From positions 1 through 57,774 of the IMG/VR virus record IMGVR_UViG_3300010318_000003: DNA of 57,774 bases. One strand, written 5' to 3'. This document shows positions 29,263-39,401 of this stretch, piece after piece. The notes under the pieces were generated by a model. The model was not told the origin of the DNA, searched no databases, and worked only from the letters and a program-made list of their open reading frames with translations. The translations under genes were made by a program, and so were the position numbers. Numbering within the stretch: position 1 is the first letter of the stretch; the number at the start of each line of letters is the position of its first letter. The stretch comes from a virus. Its lineage: Duplodnaviria; Caudoviricetes.

Positions 29263-29927
29263 AGTATGTAGTTAATTAGCTGAGTCGAGTAAGACTTAAT
29301 ATCATCGATGTTTTTAAGATGCGGATTTTTTCTAAGCAAAGTAGAAATAGATCTCTTCTTAACAAGATAGTCTATCAAGAAAGTTTCATCAGAGGTTTCA
29401 AGATCCGTAATCCTAAACAAAAGATCCTTATGGTTTGTAAGAAGATCTGCAAAGTTTACTTCAGAAGTTTCTGTAGACTCGATTACGCAATTTTGCTCTG
29501 TAACCGGGTTGAACGACATAGTAAATGCAGTTCGGACGGTGTCTACTTTTTTAACAGGGATGTTTAAATCGTCTGCAATTTCTTGATTGGTAACATTAGG
29601 ATTTTTGATAAGGTACTTCCTAATTTTCAGATACAGATCCGAGTAAGACCTGGGCATTTTAACCAATCTGGAGCTATCTCTGAGATAATTAAGCATGTGA
29701 AACTGCAAGCACCTGTTTACCCAAGTGCTAAAGTTTGCGCCTTTACTTTGATCCCAGGTATCATAGATACGCACAATATACTCGAGGGCGGCGTCTCTGA
29801 GCTCTTCAAATGGCAATCCTGTGAAATTAGTGATCTTTCTTGCAACCTGATCGGCCTTCCACATCTGAGAGATGATATGCTCGTCTCTCTTATCTCTAGC
29901 TCTTTTAGATCTAGTTTTTTCTATCAT
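29184..29927 (-). CDS. Phage-encoded sigma-70-family RNA polymerase sigma factor (SigB/F/G-like)
   Basis: Region 2 motif FEELRDAALEY...WDQSKGANFSTW...MLNYLRDSSRLVKMPR; region 3 TNQEIADDLNIP. Confidence 0.88.
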   Translation of the reverse strand: MIEKTRSKRARDKRDEHIISQMWKADQVARKITNFTGLPFEELRDAALEYIVRIYDTWDQSKGANFSTWVNRCLQFHMLNYLRDSSRLVKMPRSYSDLYLKIRKYLIKNPNVTNQEIADDLNIPVKKVDTVRTAFTMSFNPVTEQNCVIESTETSEVNFADLLTNHKDLLFRITDLETSDETFLIDYLVKKRSISTLLRKNPHLKNIDDIKSYSTQLINYILWADKSYQSVDKTIQKQPSRRSGPRS

Positions 29928-30235
29928 TTCTCAATACAGTTAATGATGTAGTCTTTTAATTGACCTTTGGCCATCATGCCCTCGGTATTAAGACCCAACA
30001 GAACTCCTTCTTCGTCAAATGTTGCGAAGTTAGGTGTACCGTCACATTCAATCTTGTCGCAAAAAGCCCAATCGTCAGAGGTAACATCCCACTCTCCAAA
30101 TCCAACTTTAAGATGGGGATATTCTTCAGAGATTTCTGAGGCAACTTCTGCCCAGATAGGTTTCATTGCTTCACATGCTGAGCAGCTAGGCTGTTTAAAA
30201 AATACAACTCTATATTTAAATTTTGTTTCTGGCAT
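29924..30235 (-). CDS. Thioredoxin-like protein
   Basis: FFKQPSCSACEAMKPIW CxxC; GTP cis-Pro motif. Confidence 0.85.
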   Translation of the reverse strand: MPETKFKYRVVFFKQPSCSACEAMKPIWAEVASEISEEYPHLKVGFGEWDVTSDDWAFCDKIECDGTPNFATFDEEGVLLGLNTEGMMAKGQLKDYIINCIEK

Positions 30236-30307
30236 AGTAATTACTCATAAGTAATAATAAATCGCGTGCGCTCGTCGTTTTACTATACAAAACCTACGAC
30301 TTTTCTA

Positions 30308-30317
30308 ATTATACCAT
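30308..30317 (-). promoter_or_regulatory. Extended -10 host-type promoter for the thioredoxin-sigma operon
   Basis: Minus strand ATGGTATAAT (TGnTATAAT). Confidence 0.55.
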
Positions 30318-30320
30318 GCG

Positions 30321-31904
30321 CTAAAGATAACGCACACCTCCCGCGTTGCGGGTGTTTCTTCGGTCTCCTAATAGACTACCTATTGAGTTTGAAGACCTTC
30401 CGCTAGAGTCGTAGTGAAGCTTAGGCAACGTAGTTCTAATGCCTCCTGTTTTGGAACCAGCACCCATTAGCTCGTCTCTATATACCGTTACTCCGTAAAC
30501 AAAGGCGTCTACAAAGTCGTCATTTTTAATAAAAGGAAAAGAGGTAAGCTCGCTCATTCTGTCTTGAAGGTTAGGTATGTTTTCGTAAATACTAACCACG
30601 CCTTCTTCAAGCAAGGGCGCCACGGAGTTTGCTCTCAACACTTTATCTTTAGACGGTATGAGTTCCTTTATTTGTATAGATAGGGCGGAGCGTAAAGTTT
30701 GAATCAAAGGTACTCCGCTTGCTCGGCCTTCGATGTATACGCATCTAATCTTCCATTGCTTTACAACTTGAGGTATTAGCTTTTGTAAATCAGGGAACTC
30801 CATCCGTTCCATGACCACATGAAGCAATCTTAGACCTTTTTGTTTGTCCAACCCCCAAACGCATATAGAGCTAAAGTCGTTCATAGACGTGGCTTTATAC
30901 GCCGTATCAATTGTAGCATATATGTAGCTATACTTGACTTGTTTGTCATAGGTAGGCAACCAGTGCTCTTTAAAGATTGCTCCGGCATCACCAGCAGGTT
31001 GGCCCTGGTACAGAGAGTTAAAGTCCCTCTCACCAATTGACTTTTTAATTGCCTGAAGGTTTTCCAGTGGAAAGAACTCTGGCCAATGAGATTCTCCTAG
31101 CTTCCTACCCAATGAGTCGTTTTCCTCATCGACGCAGATAGCTGGGACGTTAAGTTCTTTCCAGTTATCTCTGTCTGCACTAAGCAATCTGCCAATAACA
31201 TCATCGCAATGAAACCTAGTTCCCATGGAAATAATCGCATGGTTGGGCAAACCACGAGTCAAGAACTGAGCCTGAACCCAGCCAAATGTACTTTCCATAA
31301 CAGTAAGCGAGTTACCATCAGCAAGAAGGTCGTCTAGAATACCGATACCCGGAAGGTCATCATCTGCAATAACACCGTAGCCAAATCCAGTAACACTAGA
31401 TCCAGCAGATGCAATCTTGATTAACCCTCCATTCTCGGTTCTCAAGGCAGTAAGGTTACATTTTTCTCTATTGATTTCACACTCTGGAAATATCCAAGAA
31501 AACTTTTCAGAGGAAATAAACTCCAGTACAGCTCTTGAGTTTTCAGTGGAAAGACCCAAAGCATAAGAGCTCATAATAAATTGAGCTGTAGGACTTCTCC
31601 CTAACTGCCAAGCAGGAAAGATCCGAGAGATAAGCATCGACTTTCCCGTTCTTGGAGGTAGGGAAATTGCACTGCGCTTGTAGTCTTTATTACCGTCGCC
31701 GATATTTTGCAGATAGTTGCAAATTAGCTCATGAACAGGGAAAGCTTTAAATTGTAGGTCTGTGATAATTTTAGCAAAAGTAACAAAGTCTGTTCTGCAT
31801 TTAAGCCTAAGCAGCTCTTCCTTATCTTTTGAAGAAAGGCTGCTGGCCTTCTTTTGCATATCAGCTACTAAAGCCAATTCATCATCTCTTTGATGTTTAT
31901 TCAT
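30321..31904 (-). CDS. terL: Terminase large subunit
   Basis: ISLPPRTGKS Walker A, GILDDL Walker B, GTRFH coupling motif, IDTA...NDFS and DDFVDA RNase H-like nuclease motifs. Confidence 0.93.
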   Translation of the reverse strand: MNKHQRDDELALVADMQKKASSLSSKDKEELLRLKCRTDFVTFAKIITDLQFKAFPVHELICNYLQNIGDGNKDYKRSAISLPPRTGKSMLISRIFPAWQLGRSPTAQFIMSSYALGLSTENSRAVLEFISSEKFSWIFPECEINREKCNLTALRTENGGLIKIASAGSSVTGFGYGVIADDDLPGIGILDDLLADGNSLTVMESTFGWVQAQFLTRGLPNHAIISMGTRFHCDDVIGRLLSADRDNWKELNVPAICVDEENDSLGRKLGESHWPEFFPLENLQAIKKSIGERDFNSLYQGQPAGDAGAIFKEHWLPTYDKQVKYSYIYATIDTAYKATSMNDFSSICVWGLDKQKGLRLLHVVMERMEFPDLQKLIPQVVKQWKIRCVYIEGRASGVPLIQTLRSALSIQIKELIPSKDKVLRANSVAPLLEEGVVSIYENIPNLQDRMSELTSFPFIKNDDFVDAFVYGVTVYRDELMGAGSKTGGIRTTLPKLHYDSSGRSSNSIGSLLGDRRNTRNAGGVRYL

Positions 31905-34823
31905 TTAATCACAAGAACCCTCGCTACGAGCAGCTCTTTCTTGTTCATTTTTAATCTGATCCAGTAGTGTATCAAACTCGCCGCTATCCAACTGATTAGG
32001 AGTAAGGAAGTTAATCTGCGTTCTAAGCACGTCGGCACCTGTCCCATTAACAAGCTTAGAAAAGTCTTGGTAAACGTAGTTAACGGTATCTTCTTGTGGT
32101 TGGCTCATACTAAGCTTTGCCGATAGCGAATCGTTAAGTACTTTAGACTCAGTATTTCTTGTTTCAAGGTTTTCAAATGGGGCGCCCAACTGAGGATCAA
32201 GGGAGCTTAAAATACTCAGAGCTTCAAGAATTGTTTTAATTAGGTTGATGATTGCCAGCACTCTTGACTTAGAGAAGTACGCCGGGATTGTTACAGGTTG
32301 TTTTAGAGTAGAAGCTATTGCGGGTGTTGGGCCTGGTCGATTCAGGTTGCCACCATCCTTTTTGCGATCTAACTCCTTAACCATTTCATATAGATCGGCG
32401 ATAGCTTTTGCTTGAGTAACTTCGTCTGCCGTTACCTTGCCAAGCAATCCGCCGGCTGGCCCAGTAATCAAGTTGTTCATGAAGTTTTGGCTACCAAGCA
32501 ATTCGAGGTTCTGAATTAACTCCATCAGGCTCAGGTTGTTGTCGGCAATTTTAAATGTCTTTTCAATCGCCTCAAAAGAATAAAGCATTTCTAGGTCTTT
32601 ATCAAATCCCTCAGCCCCTCCTTTAAATGCGTCTTCTAGCTTTTTGCTCAAGTCTGCGATGCGAGGGATCGACTTAAGCACAGACGTAAAGTCAAATGGA
32701 TTTTTAGGAATAAGATCGGCGCCAATGCCAGAAGTCAGAAGCCCTAGACCTTGCGCCAAGACTCCTTTGTTATTATTTAAAATATCCGATCCATACACAT
32801 TGGAGTTATCTAGCGTAAGGTTTCCGCACGGATCAAGAAGCCTATTGCCGTCGCTATCGACACCGTGGCTTGTTTTTCTACACTTAGGATCACAAGGACA
32901 TCCTCCGCCACCCCCACCAAACAACCCACCAATACCACCAATACCACCAAGAAGCCCTCCACCTCCAAGGATCGAGGTAAGAGGGCTGTTGCCTCCAAGT
33001 AACAAGGTTGCCGCAGTTAATCCGATACCACCAGGTAATGCCGCGGTCAACGGACCTCCGAGCCCTACCGCCCCAAGGAGAGAGGAGGCGCTTGCAGGGA
33101 GCCCAGGAGCAAAGGACGATAGCGCCCCTATATTTCCAAAGTCTTGGAAGATTTTACCCACCTCCCCGAGGTTACCAGAGGTAAGACTGCTTGCAAGGCC
33201 GGAAACATTTACGTTATTGAAGTCAATTCCTCCTGCAATGCTATTTACAACGTCAGATAATCCACCGTCGGCCCCAGCTCCTAATACAGAAGCAATAGCC
33301 GCCGGAGCATTATTCAGGTCTAGATCCTTAATTGCAAATTTAAACGCTTCATTCGCATAACTCGGAACGGCATCGAGTTTATTCTGCACGGCGTAGTTTA
33401 GAGAGCCAAGAGGACCGTCTATGATCATCGCATTTTCTGCACCAGCGTTTACTGGAGATATTGCTCCTAGGCCATCTCTCAAAATATTTGAGCCAGCAGT
33501 TGCAAGTATGCCGCTAAGATCTGCTCCCGCTGTAGCTATCTGCGCAACTTCAGGCCCAATTGCTTCTAAGAAGTTCTGAGCGGTTGCAAGATCGTCGCTT
33601 CTAAGCACCGCATCCAACGCGTTTACGTCTAGCCCCTGTTCTTGTAATAGCCTTGAGCCTAGCTGCATGGCGGTATCAAATGACACATTTCCAGTCTTCA
33701 GCGCCTCTACTGCTTTAGAGGCCTGCTCAATTGCATCATTGGTATATCCAGGAACCACAGCCGCAGCGGTTTGTTGGAAAATAGGTTCGACAAGACCAGG
33801 ATTTCCAATCACAGGATTTACGGCAGCAGCCGCCGCATTTTGAACAGGAGGCTCTACGTTTAGATTTGGATTTGGTTTTATTTTTTTATTTAAAAACTGT
33901 GATTTTTTAGGAGGTTCGGGTTTATTTGCGAACTTAACTACCTGTCGAGATCCGTACTTCACCCATTTCATATCCCGATCGAATCTTACACAAATACCCA
34001 GCTCTGAGTTATGCCCATCGTCGATCAGAGCCGTCTGGCCGTGAATTTTTTCTGTGCAACAGGGAAGCGTAGTTTTAAAATATGTAGGAACACACGCTAC
34101 AGGAGTCCATGCCCAATCTCCATTTTCGTCTTTGTTACAAACAAGCTGAATTTGCCTAAAATTTCTATCTTCAGTAAAAGTAATTTGCTCGGACTCTAGT
34201 TCCTGAGAGCATTTAGGAAGAGGCTTTTTTTCGGCTTTTACTAAGTCACGATCAACTTGCTTTGGGTCATCAGACTTTTCTACAACAAGTCCTCTGGATA
34301 TATTTTTCCACTCCCATACGTCGGCATTCGGATCGTTTTGTCTGTTATTTCTTCTCATACAAATTTTTGCATCTTGAGATACATTATTTGTAAATATATA
34401 AATTCTTCCTTCGTTCTTTTCAGAGCAAATCGACCCCGGATCTGTTGCATTTGCTAAATCTGCTTTGTCAATAACAGGAATCGTGACTGGGCCATTAACT
34501 CCGAGTCCATCTGGTGTATCTCCAAATATACCCAATACAATAGGATTATCTGAGTTACCAGAGATTGTTGCAACAATAGCTTTGGTTCCTAAAAACTGAG
34601 AAGAGATCCTGCCTTTACCTTGATTAAGTACGGGCATCCAGTCAGACTCGGCATTTGCGTTTTCTCCGTATAAAACTTTTACCCTAGAAAGTTCTTCTGG
34701 ATCGGCAACGTTACTAATAGTAGCCGACTGCAGGAAAAGTTCAATTTCCATGCCTCCAAGTTTATTACCCAGTCTTTCGTGGGTTTTTTGAGACGCTATT
34801 ATAGCGTTAATAAACGATGCCAT
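31905..34823 (-). CDS. Baseplate spike (gp5/VgrG OB-fold N-terminus) with Cys-rich repeats and a long Gly/Ala/Leu-rich extension
   Basis: N-terminal DPEELSRVKV...SDW...G...NPIVLG is the gp5 OB-fold pattern; located in the baseplate operon. Confidence 0.7.
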   Translation of the reverse strand: MASFINAIIASQKTHERLGNKLGGMEIELFLQSATISNVADPEELSRVKVLYGENANAESDWMPVLNQGKGRISSQFLGTKAIVATISGNSDNPIVLGIFGDTPDGLGVNGPVTIPVIDKADLANATDPGSICSEKNEGRIYIFTNNVSQDAKICMRRNNRQNDPNADVWEWKNISRGLVVEKSDDPKQVDRDLVKAEKKPLPKCSQELESEQITFTEDRNFRQIQLVCNKDENGDWAWTPVACVPTYFKTTLPCCTEKIHGQTALIDDGHNSELGICVRFDRDMKWVKYGSRQVVKFANKPEPPKKSQFLNKKIKPNPNLNVEPPVQNAAAAAVNPVIGNPGLVEPIFQQTAAAVVPGYTNDAIEQASKAVEALKTGNVSFDTAMQLGSRLLQEQGLDVNALDAVLRSDDLATAQNFLEAIGPEVAQIATAGADLSGILATAGSNILRDGLGAISPVNAGAENAMIIDGPLGSLNYAVQNKLDAVPSYANEAFKFAIKDLDLNNAPAAIASVLGAGADGGLSDVVNSIAGGIDFNNVNVSGLASSLTSGNLGEVGKIFQDFGNIGALSSFAPGLPASASSLLGAVGLGGPLTAALPGGIGLTAATLLLGGNSPLTSILGGGGLLGGIGGIGGLFGGGGGGCPCDPKCRKTSHGVDSDGNRLLDPCGNLTLDNSNVYGSDILNNNKGVLAQGLGLLTSGIGADLIPKNPFDFTSVLKSIPRIADLSKKLEDAFKGGAEGFDKDLEMLYSFEAIEKTFKIADNNLSLMELIQNLELLGSQNFMNNLITGPAGGLLGKVTADEVTQAKAIADLYEMVKELDRKKDGGNLNRPGPTPAIASTLKQPVTIPAYFSKSRVLAIINLIKTILEALSILSSLDPQLGAPFENLETRNTESKVLNDSLSAKLSMSQPQEDTVNYVYQDFSKLVNGTGADVLRTQINFLTPNQLDSGEFDTLLDQIKNEQERAARSEGSCD

Positions 34824-34830
34824 TTTGTAT

Positions 34831-37137
34831 CTATTCTGCTATTTTAGGTTCAAAAAACGCGTCGCCCTGCCGCCAAAGATCCGCCGCAAGATAAGCATGC
34901 TGAACTCTAGGATTAAGCGATCCGCTTACCCAGTACTTAGCCGCTAATTCTACAAGGTTCCAAGTTTTTCCGTCTCTATTATAATAGAAGGGCATTCTAA
35001 AAAACAAGTTATTCGCTTCAAAATTATCAGGAATTGACGTAACACCAGCAATTAGCTGATTCTCGTATGCGTCGATTGTTTTATCTTCTTCTGTCCCCAC
35101 CTGAGTAAAAGTGTACTTAGTAGGCAAGAGTACAGGAGCTAAATTTTCTTGAGCTCTAAGACCAGATCTTACCTTAAATACTCCGTTTACTAACTCAAGT
35201 TCTTTTGCAGAATGAGCTTTTACTTTAAAAACAGTAAATAGGAACACAAGAGATACAATAGTACCCTTAGACTCTATTAAGCCTTTCCAGTCACCTTTGA
35301 ATATACTAAATGAAGGAGCTTTGTCTAAGCTATTTTTCAAGCTATATTCTTCATCGCTAAGCTCTCCCGTTAACTCGTCTAAAACAATCTGGCTTATTTT
35401 AGATAAGTCTACTTGCTCTACGTTTACTTCGTTTCCAGATAGCTCTTCTTCGTTTCTCCAGGCAGATTCAGTAAAAGGATATTGATCTAATACTTCTCCC
35501 TTTATTGTTTTATATTGCTTACCTCCAACTTCTTGAGTGAGACTTTCTTCAAACCATCCTAGGGCATTTTTTATAAGAGTTCTCTTGTATTTGGCTTCCC
35601 ATTCTGTATTCCAAAAAGGCTCAGTAAGTCCCACGTGTTGAGCCAGCCAGTCTAAGTTTTGTACACTGCATTCTGAAGGATCTAAGTAAGAAAAATAAAA
35701 ATCTTCGCTTTCGTATTTCTTTTCTCTAAGAAACTCATCGACTCCAGAAAGTAACCATTTTGCAACTGCGGGCTGAGGTACACGATCTTTGGGTAATAAA
35801 ACCCAAGACTTTACGTCTTTAGGAGAATAAAGTTCTTCTTTAGTTCTTGATGAGTACACCGGAGACATCCCCAGCTTTTTCCTTTCATCTGAGTCAAATA
35901 TAGACCTAGGTAAAAACTGATACGCTTCGGATCTATCACTAAGAACAACAATAGTTCCTATATCCAAAGAAGAAATAGGTAAGCTAAGTCTATCTCTTGG
36001 ATTAGCAACCACAAGAGTCTCGTCTTCTGCGGGCCTATAGGAAAGAGAAGCACCGGGTAATCTTAAATATGTGGGCCTTACATTTTCATCAGATACCTTA
36101 CCTATTCTTGCCTGTTTTAGGTTACTCTTAGTTACTTGTATGCACTGCTTAAGAAGATCTTTTAAAAATCTAAAAGTAAAAGAAATAAACTTTCTATTTG
36201 TTTCTTGATTTATAATTCTATTATTCCAGCGACCTTCAATATAAGTCTCTACTCTTTCTTTCCACACATCTGCCAAAGAGAATAGTATATCGTTTATTAC
36301 ATCAATAACTACTCTTTCTATTCTTCTATCGGCAATGTCTGCCATAGTTGAGCCGATGCTAATCCTTGGGTTATCTCTATAAGCAAGAGTTAAAACAGTG
36401 GATAAAAAGTCTTCTTCAGAACTAACAATACCATCGAGTTCTCCTGTTACCCCATCTAGAGAATAAGCAGAGTTAAATACCTTAAAGTATTCCTGGCTAA
36501 ATACTTTATCCAGATAGTTTACTGGAGGTAGGTATATAAGAGTAGACTTACTGGCGGGCTTGTCTATCTTCTTACCTTCAAAAGCCCCTCTGATTATTGT
36601 CTTTAGCTCGAGTACTTCTTTACCACCAAGGAAGTAAGTTACAGGCTCTGAGTTATCTCCGTACAAAGCAGCGGAGGTATACATCCACTTATACCCAGAT
36701 ACTTTTTTTATTCTGCCTATAACGCACTTTCCGGGGTTGCAGTTACTATCTCCACCCTCGCCATCTTTGCACCTGAGTCCTTCAATAGCGCAGTTTTCCC
36801 TTCCGCCATTAAGGTCTCCTTCCATAGGAGTACCATGAGCCAAAACTTCAAACTCTCCGTTAGAATCCTCCGGTATTTCTAAAGGTTCAGGAGAGAATAC
36901 GTTACCAATAGTTTCATACCTGAAGCCGCTGCTGGTTAGTTTCTTTATATCCCTTGAGATAATTTCATTTCTTTCTTCGTTTCTATCCAGCCTGCTATTG
37001 AACGTAACTTGAGCCAAAGAGTGGTCTGCAATTTTTATTGTTTTTGTTCTTTGAAACTCTATTGTTAAGTCCGCAGGTTTGTATCCTCTTTTAATAAACT
37101 TGCGATTTCTTTGGTCCCAAATAGATAGGTACTCCAT
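34831..37137 (-). CDS. Baseplate wedge protein (P2 gpI-like region)
   Basis: YLDP...NLDWLAQHVG...W...KRTLIKNA...KGT pattern; directly after the J-like gene. Confidence 0.7.
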   Translation of the reverse strand: MEYLSIWDQRNRKFIKRGYKPADLTIEFQRTKTIKIADHSLAQVTFNSRLDRNEERNEIISRDIKKLTSSGFRYETIGNVFSPEPLEIPEDSNGEFEVLAHGTPMEGDLNGGRENCAIEGLRCKDGEGGDSNCNPGKCVIGRIKKVSGYKWMYTSAALYGDNSEPVTYFLGGKEVLELKTIIRGAFEGKKIDKPASKSTLIYLPPVNYLDKVFSQEYFKVFNSAYSLDGVTGELDGIVSSEEDFLSTVLTLAYRDNPRISIGSTMADIADRRIERVVIDVINDILFSLADVWKERVETYIEGRWNNRIINQETNRKFISFTFRFLKDLLKQCIQVTKSNLKQARIGKVSDENVRPTYLRLPGASLSYRPAEDETLVVANPRDRLSLPISSLDIGTIVVLSDRSEAYQFLPRSIFDSDERKKLGMSPVYSSRTKEELYSPKDVKSWVLLPKDRVPQPAVAKWLLSGVDEFLREKKYESEDFYFSYLDPSECSVQNLDWLAQHVGLTEPFWNTEWEAKYKRTLIKNALGWFEESLTQEVGGKQYKTIKGEVLDQYPFTESAWRNEEELSGNEVNVEQVDLSKISQIVLDELTGELSDEEYSLKNSLDKAPSFSIFKGDWKGLIESKGTIVSLVFLFTVFKVKAHSAKELELVNGVFKVRSGLRAQENLAPVLLPTKYTFTQVGTEEDKTIDAYENQLIAGVTSIPDNFEANNLFFRMPFYYNRDGKTWNLVELAAKYWVSGSLNPRVQHAYLAADLWRQGDAFFEPKIAE

Positions 37138-37139
37138 AC

Positions 37140-38453
37140 TTAGGCTCCTAAGCTTTGCTTATAATCTTGGTCAATAAATGTGTAGGTTACTGGAGCTTTA
37201 GTTGTAGAGGAGATAAGACTAATACGATTCTTATAAGATCTATAAGTTCTAATAGGGTTAGTGTTGCTATAAGAAGAAGACAAAGAATCAACAGTATCCT
37301 CTGCCAGGTCTATACAAACACCTTCAGTTTGTTCTGATATAAATGGAGAGTTGCAATACAGGTCTTTTTGATCTTCTTCTTGTATTTGAAGAATTTTAAT
37401 AGACATAGAACTAATAGACTCTACAAAATCAAGTTCGTATATCTTAGAAAAAATCTGTTGGTAATCAAACTTTTCACCCAAGTCAATTTCAGAAGGTGAC
37501 AGATAAAAATTTAAAATTGCGTTAAGATTAGACGCGTAAAAATCAATTCCCGAGGTAAACTTTTCAGGGTTGTATTCTATGCTAAGAGTGGTTTCAAGCG
37601 GAGATACAACAGGATCAGTAATAGACACTGTTAGTCCTAAAGGAATCTTTTTTCTAAGAGACTTTAAAATATCTCTCCTAAGATCTGCTCCCATCATCTC
37701 TCCATTTTTGTCCCCGAGGATGATCGCAATACTGGAGCTTAAACCTTCTCTTTCTGGGTTTAAGTTAAATCTGTCCTCGTAGGTAAGAACTTTAATTATA
37801 GAGTCAGTAGGGGCTAAAGCTCTAACTTCGTTTAAATAGTCCTCTTCTGAAATTAACGCTCTGCGTCTTAACAAAGCAAAAGCCTTTGACTTTACGTCTT
37901 CAATGGGCTCTAGGTCCTTTCCTCCTTGAGCGGCAGTAAAGTTTGTAACTCCATCAAGTCCTAGTACATTTAAGCTAAGTCTGTCTACGTCTCCGGCTTG
38001 AACATTATATATACTTCCCCACTTCTCTGATTCTGCAATTCCGTTCGCAGATACCTGAGTATCTCCAACCACAACCTGCTCTTTAAGAATAAAGTTAAGC
38101 CCTGAGACAGTAGAAATTTTAGTACCCTTAGGTATGACCACCGATCTTGTAAAACCCTCTGTTTTAATAAAGCTTACTGTAACTATGGCCTTAGCGCCGA
38201 TGCTTCTTTGAATACCTAATTGTCTCAGCCATTGAAGAGTATATGCTTCAGGCAGAGAGTTCAAGTAATACAGAAGCTCGTTTTGAGCGTAGGCCTGTCC
38301 TTCTACAATAGCGGCCAATGGCGATGCCTGGCTAAAATCATTCAGAGTCCCATCAGACTCCAAAAAGATCTTAGTTTGAGTATCCCTTACTAGTGCGGCT
38401 GTGTTCCTCGGGTCAAGTTGTAGAGGAAGTATAGGTCCGAAAATATCAGGCAT
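37140..38453 (-). CDS. Baseplate J-like wedge protein
   Basis: LGIQRSIGAKA, IPKGT, G-YNV, VTNFTAAQGGKDLE, RALISEEDY. Confidence 0.88.
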   Translation of the reverse strand: MPDIFGPILPLQLDPRNTAALVRDTQTKIFLESDGTLNDFSQASPLAAIVEGQAYAQNELLYYLNSLPEAYTLQWLRQLGIQRSIGAKAIVTVSFIKTEGFTRSVVIPKGTKISTVSGLNFILKEQVVVGDTQVSANGIAESEKWGSIYNVQAGDVDRLSLNVLGLDGVTNFTAAQGGKDLEPIEDVKSKAFALLRRRALISEEDYLNEVRALAPTDSIIKVLTYEDRFNLNPEREGLSSSIAIILGDKNGEMMGADLRRDILKSLRKKIPLGLTVSITDPVVSPLETTLSIEYNPEKFTSGIDFYASNLNAILNFYLSPSEIDLGEKFDYQQIFSKIYELDFVESISSMSIKILQIQEEDQKDLYCNSPFISEQTEGVCIDLAEDTVDSLSSSYSNTNPIRTYRSYKNRISLISSTTKAPVTYTFIDQDYKQSLGA

Positions 38454-38465
38454 TGCGCTAATTGC

Positions 38466-39320
38466 TTATATATTTATTGTAGAGAGATTTATGTTATACA
38501 GAGGATCACTGACAACTTCAGAGGTTTCCTCAAAACTAACAGTGTAGTACTCTATGCTGTCGTTATCTAGTAAACTTTCACCTAGTAAAGCCGCCAAAGG
38601 GTATCCCACGTACCCTTGCGACACTGAATTTTTTAAAGATACATCAGAAGAGTTGTAAGTGCTTCTTCCTCTGTAATAATCTGCTACGGAGGTAGTACCA
38701 ACTCCTATCTCTACTCCGTTGTATTTTTTGCTCAATCTACCTACTTGTTCTAAAGAAACTAGTCTGTCTGGAGGAGCAGCAGAAATTTTTGTAATCGGAT
38801 TATTTGCAGCAATTAAGATTATTTTATTAAGATCTTCTACTAGATAGTCTTCTTCTCTAAATCTTTGTATAAGATTTTTTGCTATGCCTACAAAGTCTAC
38901 TACAAGATCTGGATCCGGGTTTGATCTCCTGTAAACCTCCATAAGAGAGTCTTCCAAGATTTGCTCAAGAGAAGAGTTATAGTCTGATATTCTATTAATT
39001 ATATAGAGCAAGCTATCACAAACTAAATCTGAAAATCTCTCTACTGTGTCTCTATAAAATATGTCTATAAAGTCCGTAAAATTATTATCTTTTTTATATT
39101 CTAAGTCTAATACTATATATACTGTTTCTTTTAAAATAGTTTTTGTAGAAACGTAGTCTAAAACTAAGTTAGAAGGGAGCTGTTCGTCTAGTGGCGAAGA
39201 CAGGGACCCGGTCCTAATTTGATCCGCAACGGTGTAGAATAGCTCAGAAGATCCGTAAGCTACAGCTGCAAGGCTTCCAGTGGTTGTAAATTTATCTGTA
39301 AGGAAGTTATTTTTAGCCAC
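38466..39320 (-). CDS. Hypothetical protein (baseplate operon)
   Basis: 284 aa, GTG start, GTTTAAAG 22 nt upstream. Confidence 0.7.
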   Translation of the reverse strand: MAKNNFLTDKFTTTGSLAAVAYGSSELFYTVADQIRTGSLSSPLDEQLPSNLVLDYVSTKTILKETVYIVLDLEYKKDNNFTDFIDIFYRDTVERFSDLVCDSLLYIINRISDYNSSLEQILEDSLMEVYRRSNPDPDLVVDFVGIAKNLIQRFREEDYLVEDLNKIILIAANNPITKISAAPPDRLVSLEQVGRLSKKYNGVEIGVGTTSVADYYRGRSTYNSSDVSLKNSVSQGYVGYPLAALLGESLLDNDSIEYYTVSFEETSEVVSDPLYNINLSTINI

Positions 39321-39342
39321 ACGTTAAATTTATCTATTATAG

Positions 39343-39369
39343 CTTTAAACCGCAAAAAGCAGTTTAAAG
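39343..39369. promoter_or_regulatory. Divergent pair of GTTTAAAG candidate late promoters
   Basis: CTTTAAAC 39343-39350 and GTTTAAAG 39362-39369 between divergent structural operons. Confidence 0.6.
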
Positions 39370-39401
39370 GAAGGATAGACTATATACAAATAGAATTGTA
39401 A

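Noticed and set aside
32644-33360. 238-aa plus-strand Pro-rich ORF and the many other antisense/overlapping ORFs inside long genes
   Set aside because: Shadow frames of Gly-rich or codon-biased genes; no RBS, promoter or recognisable motifs
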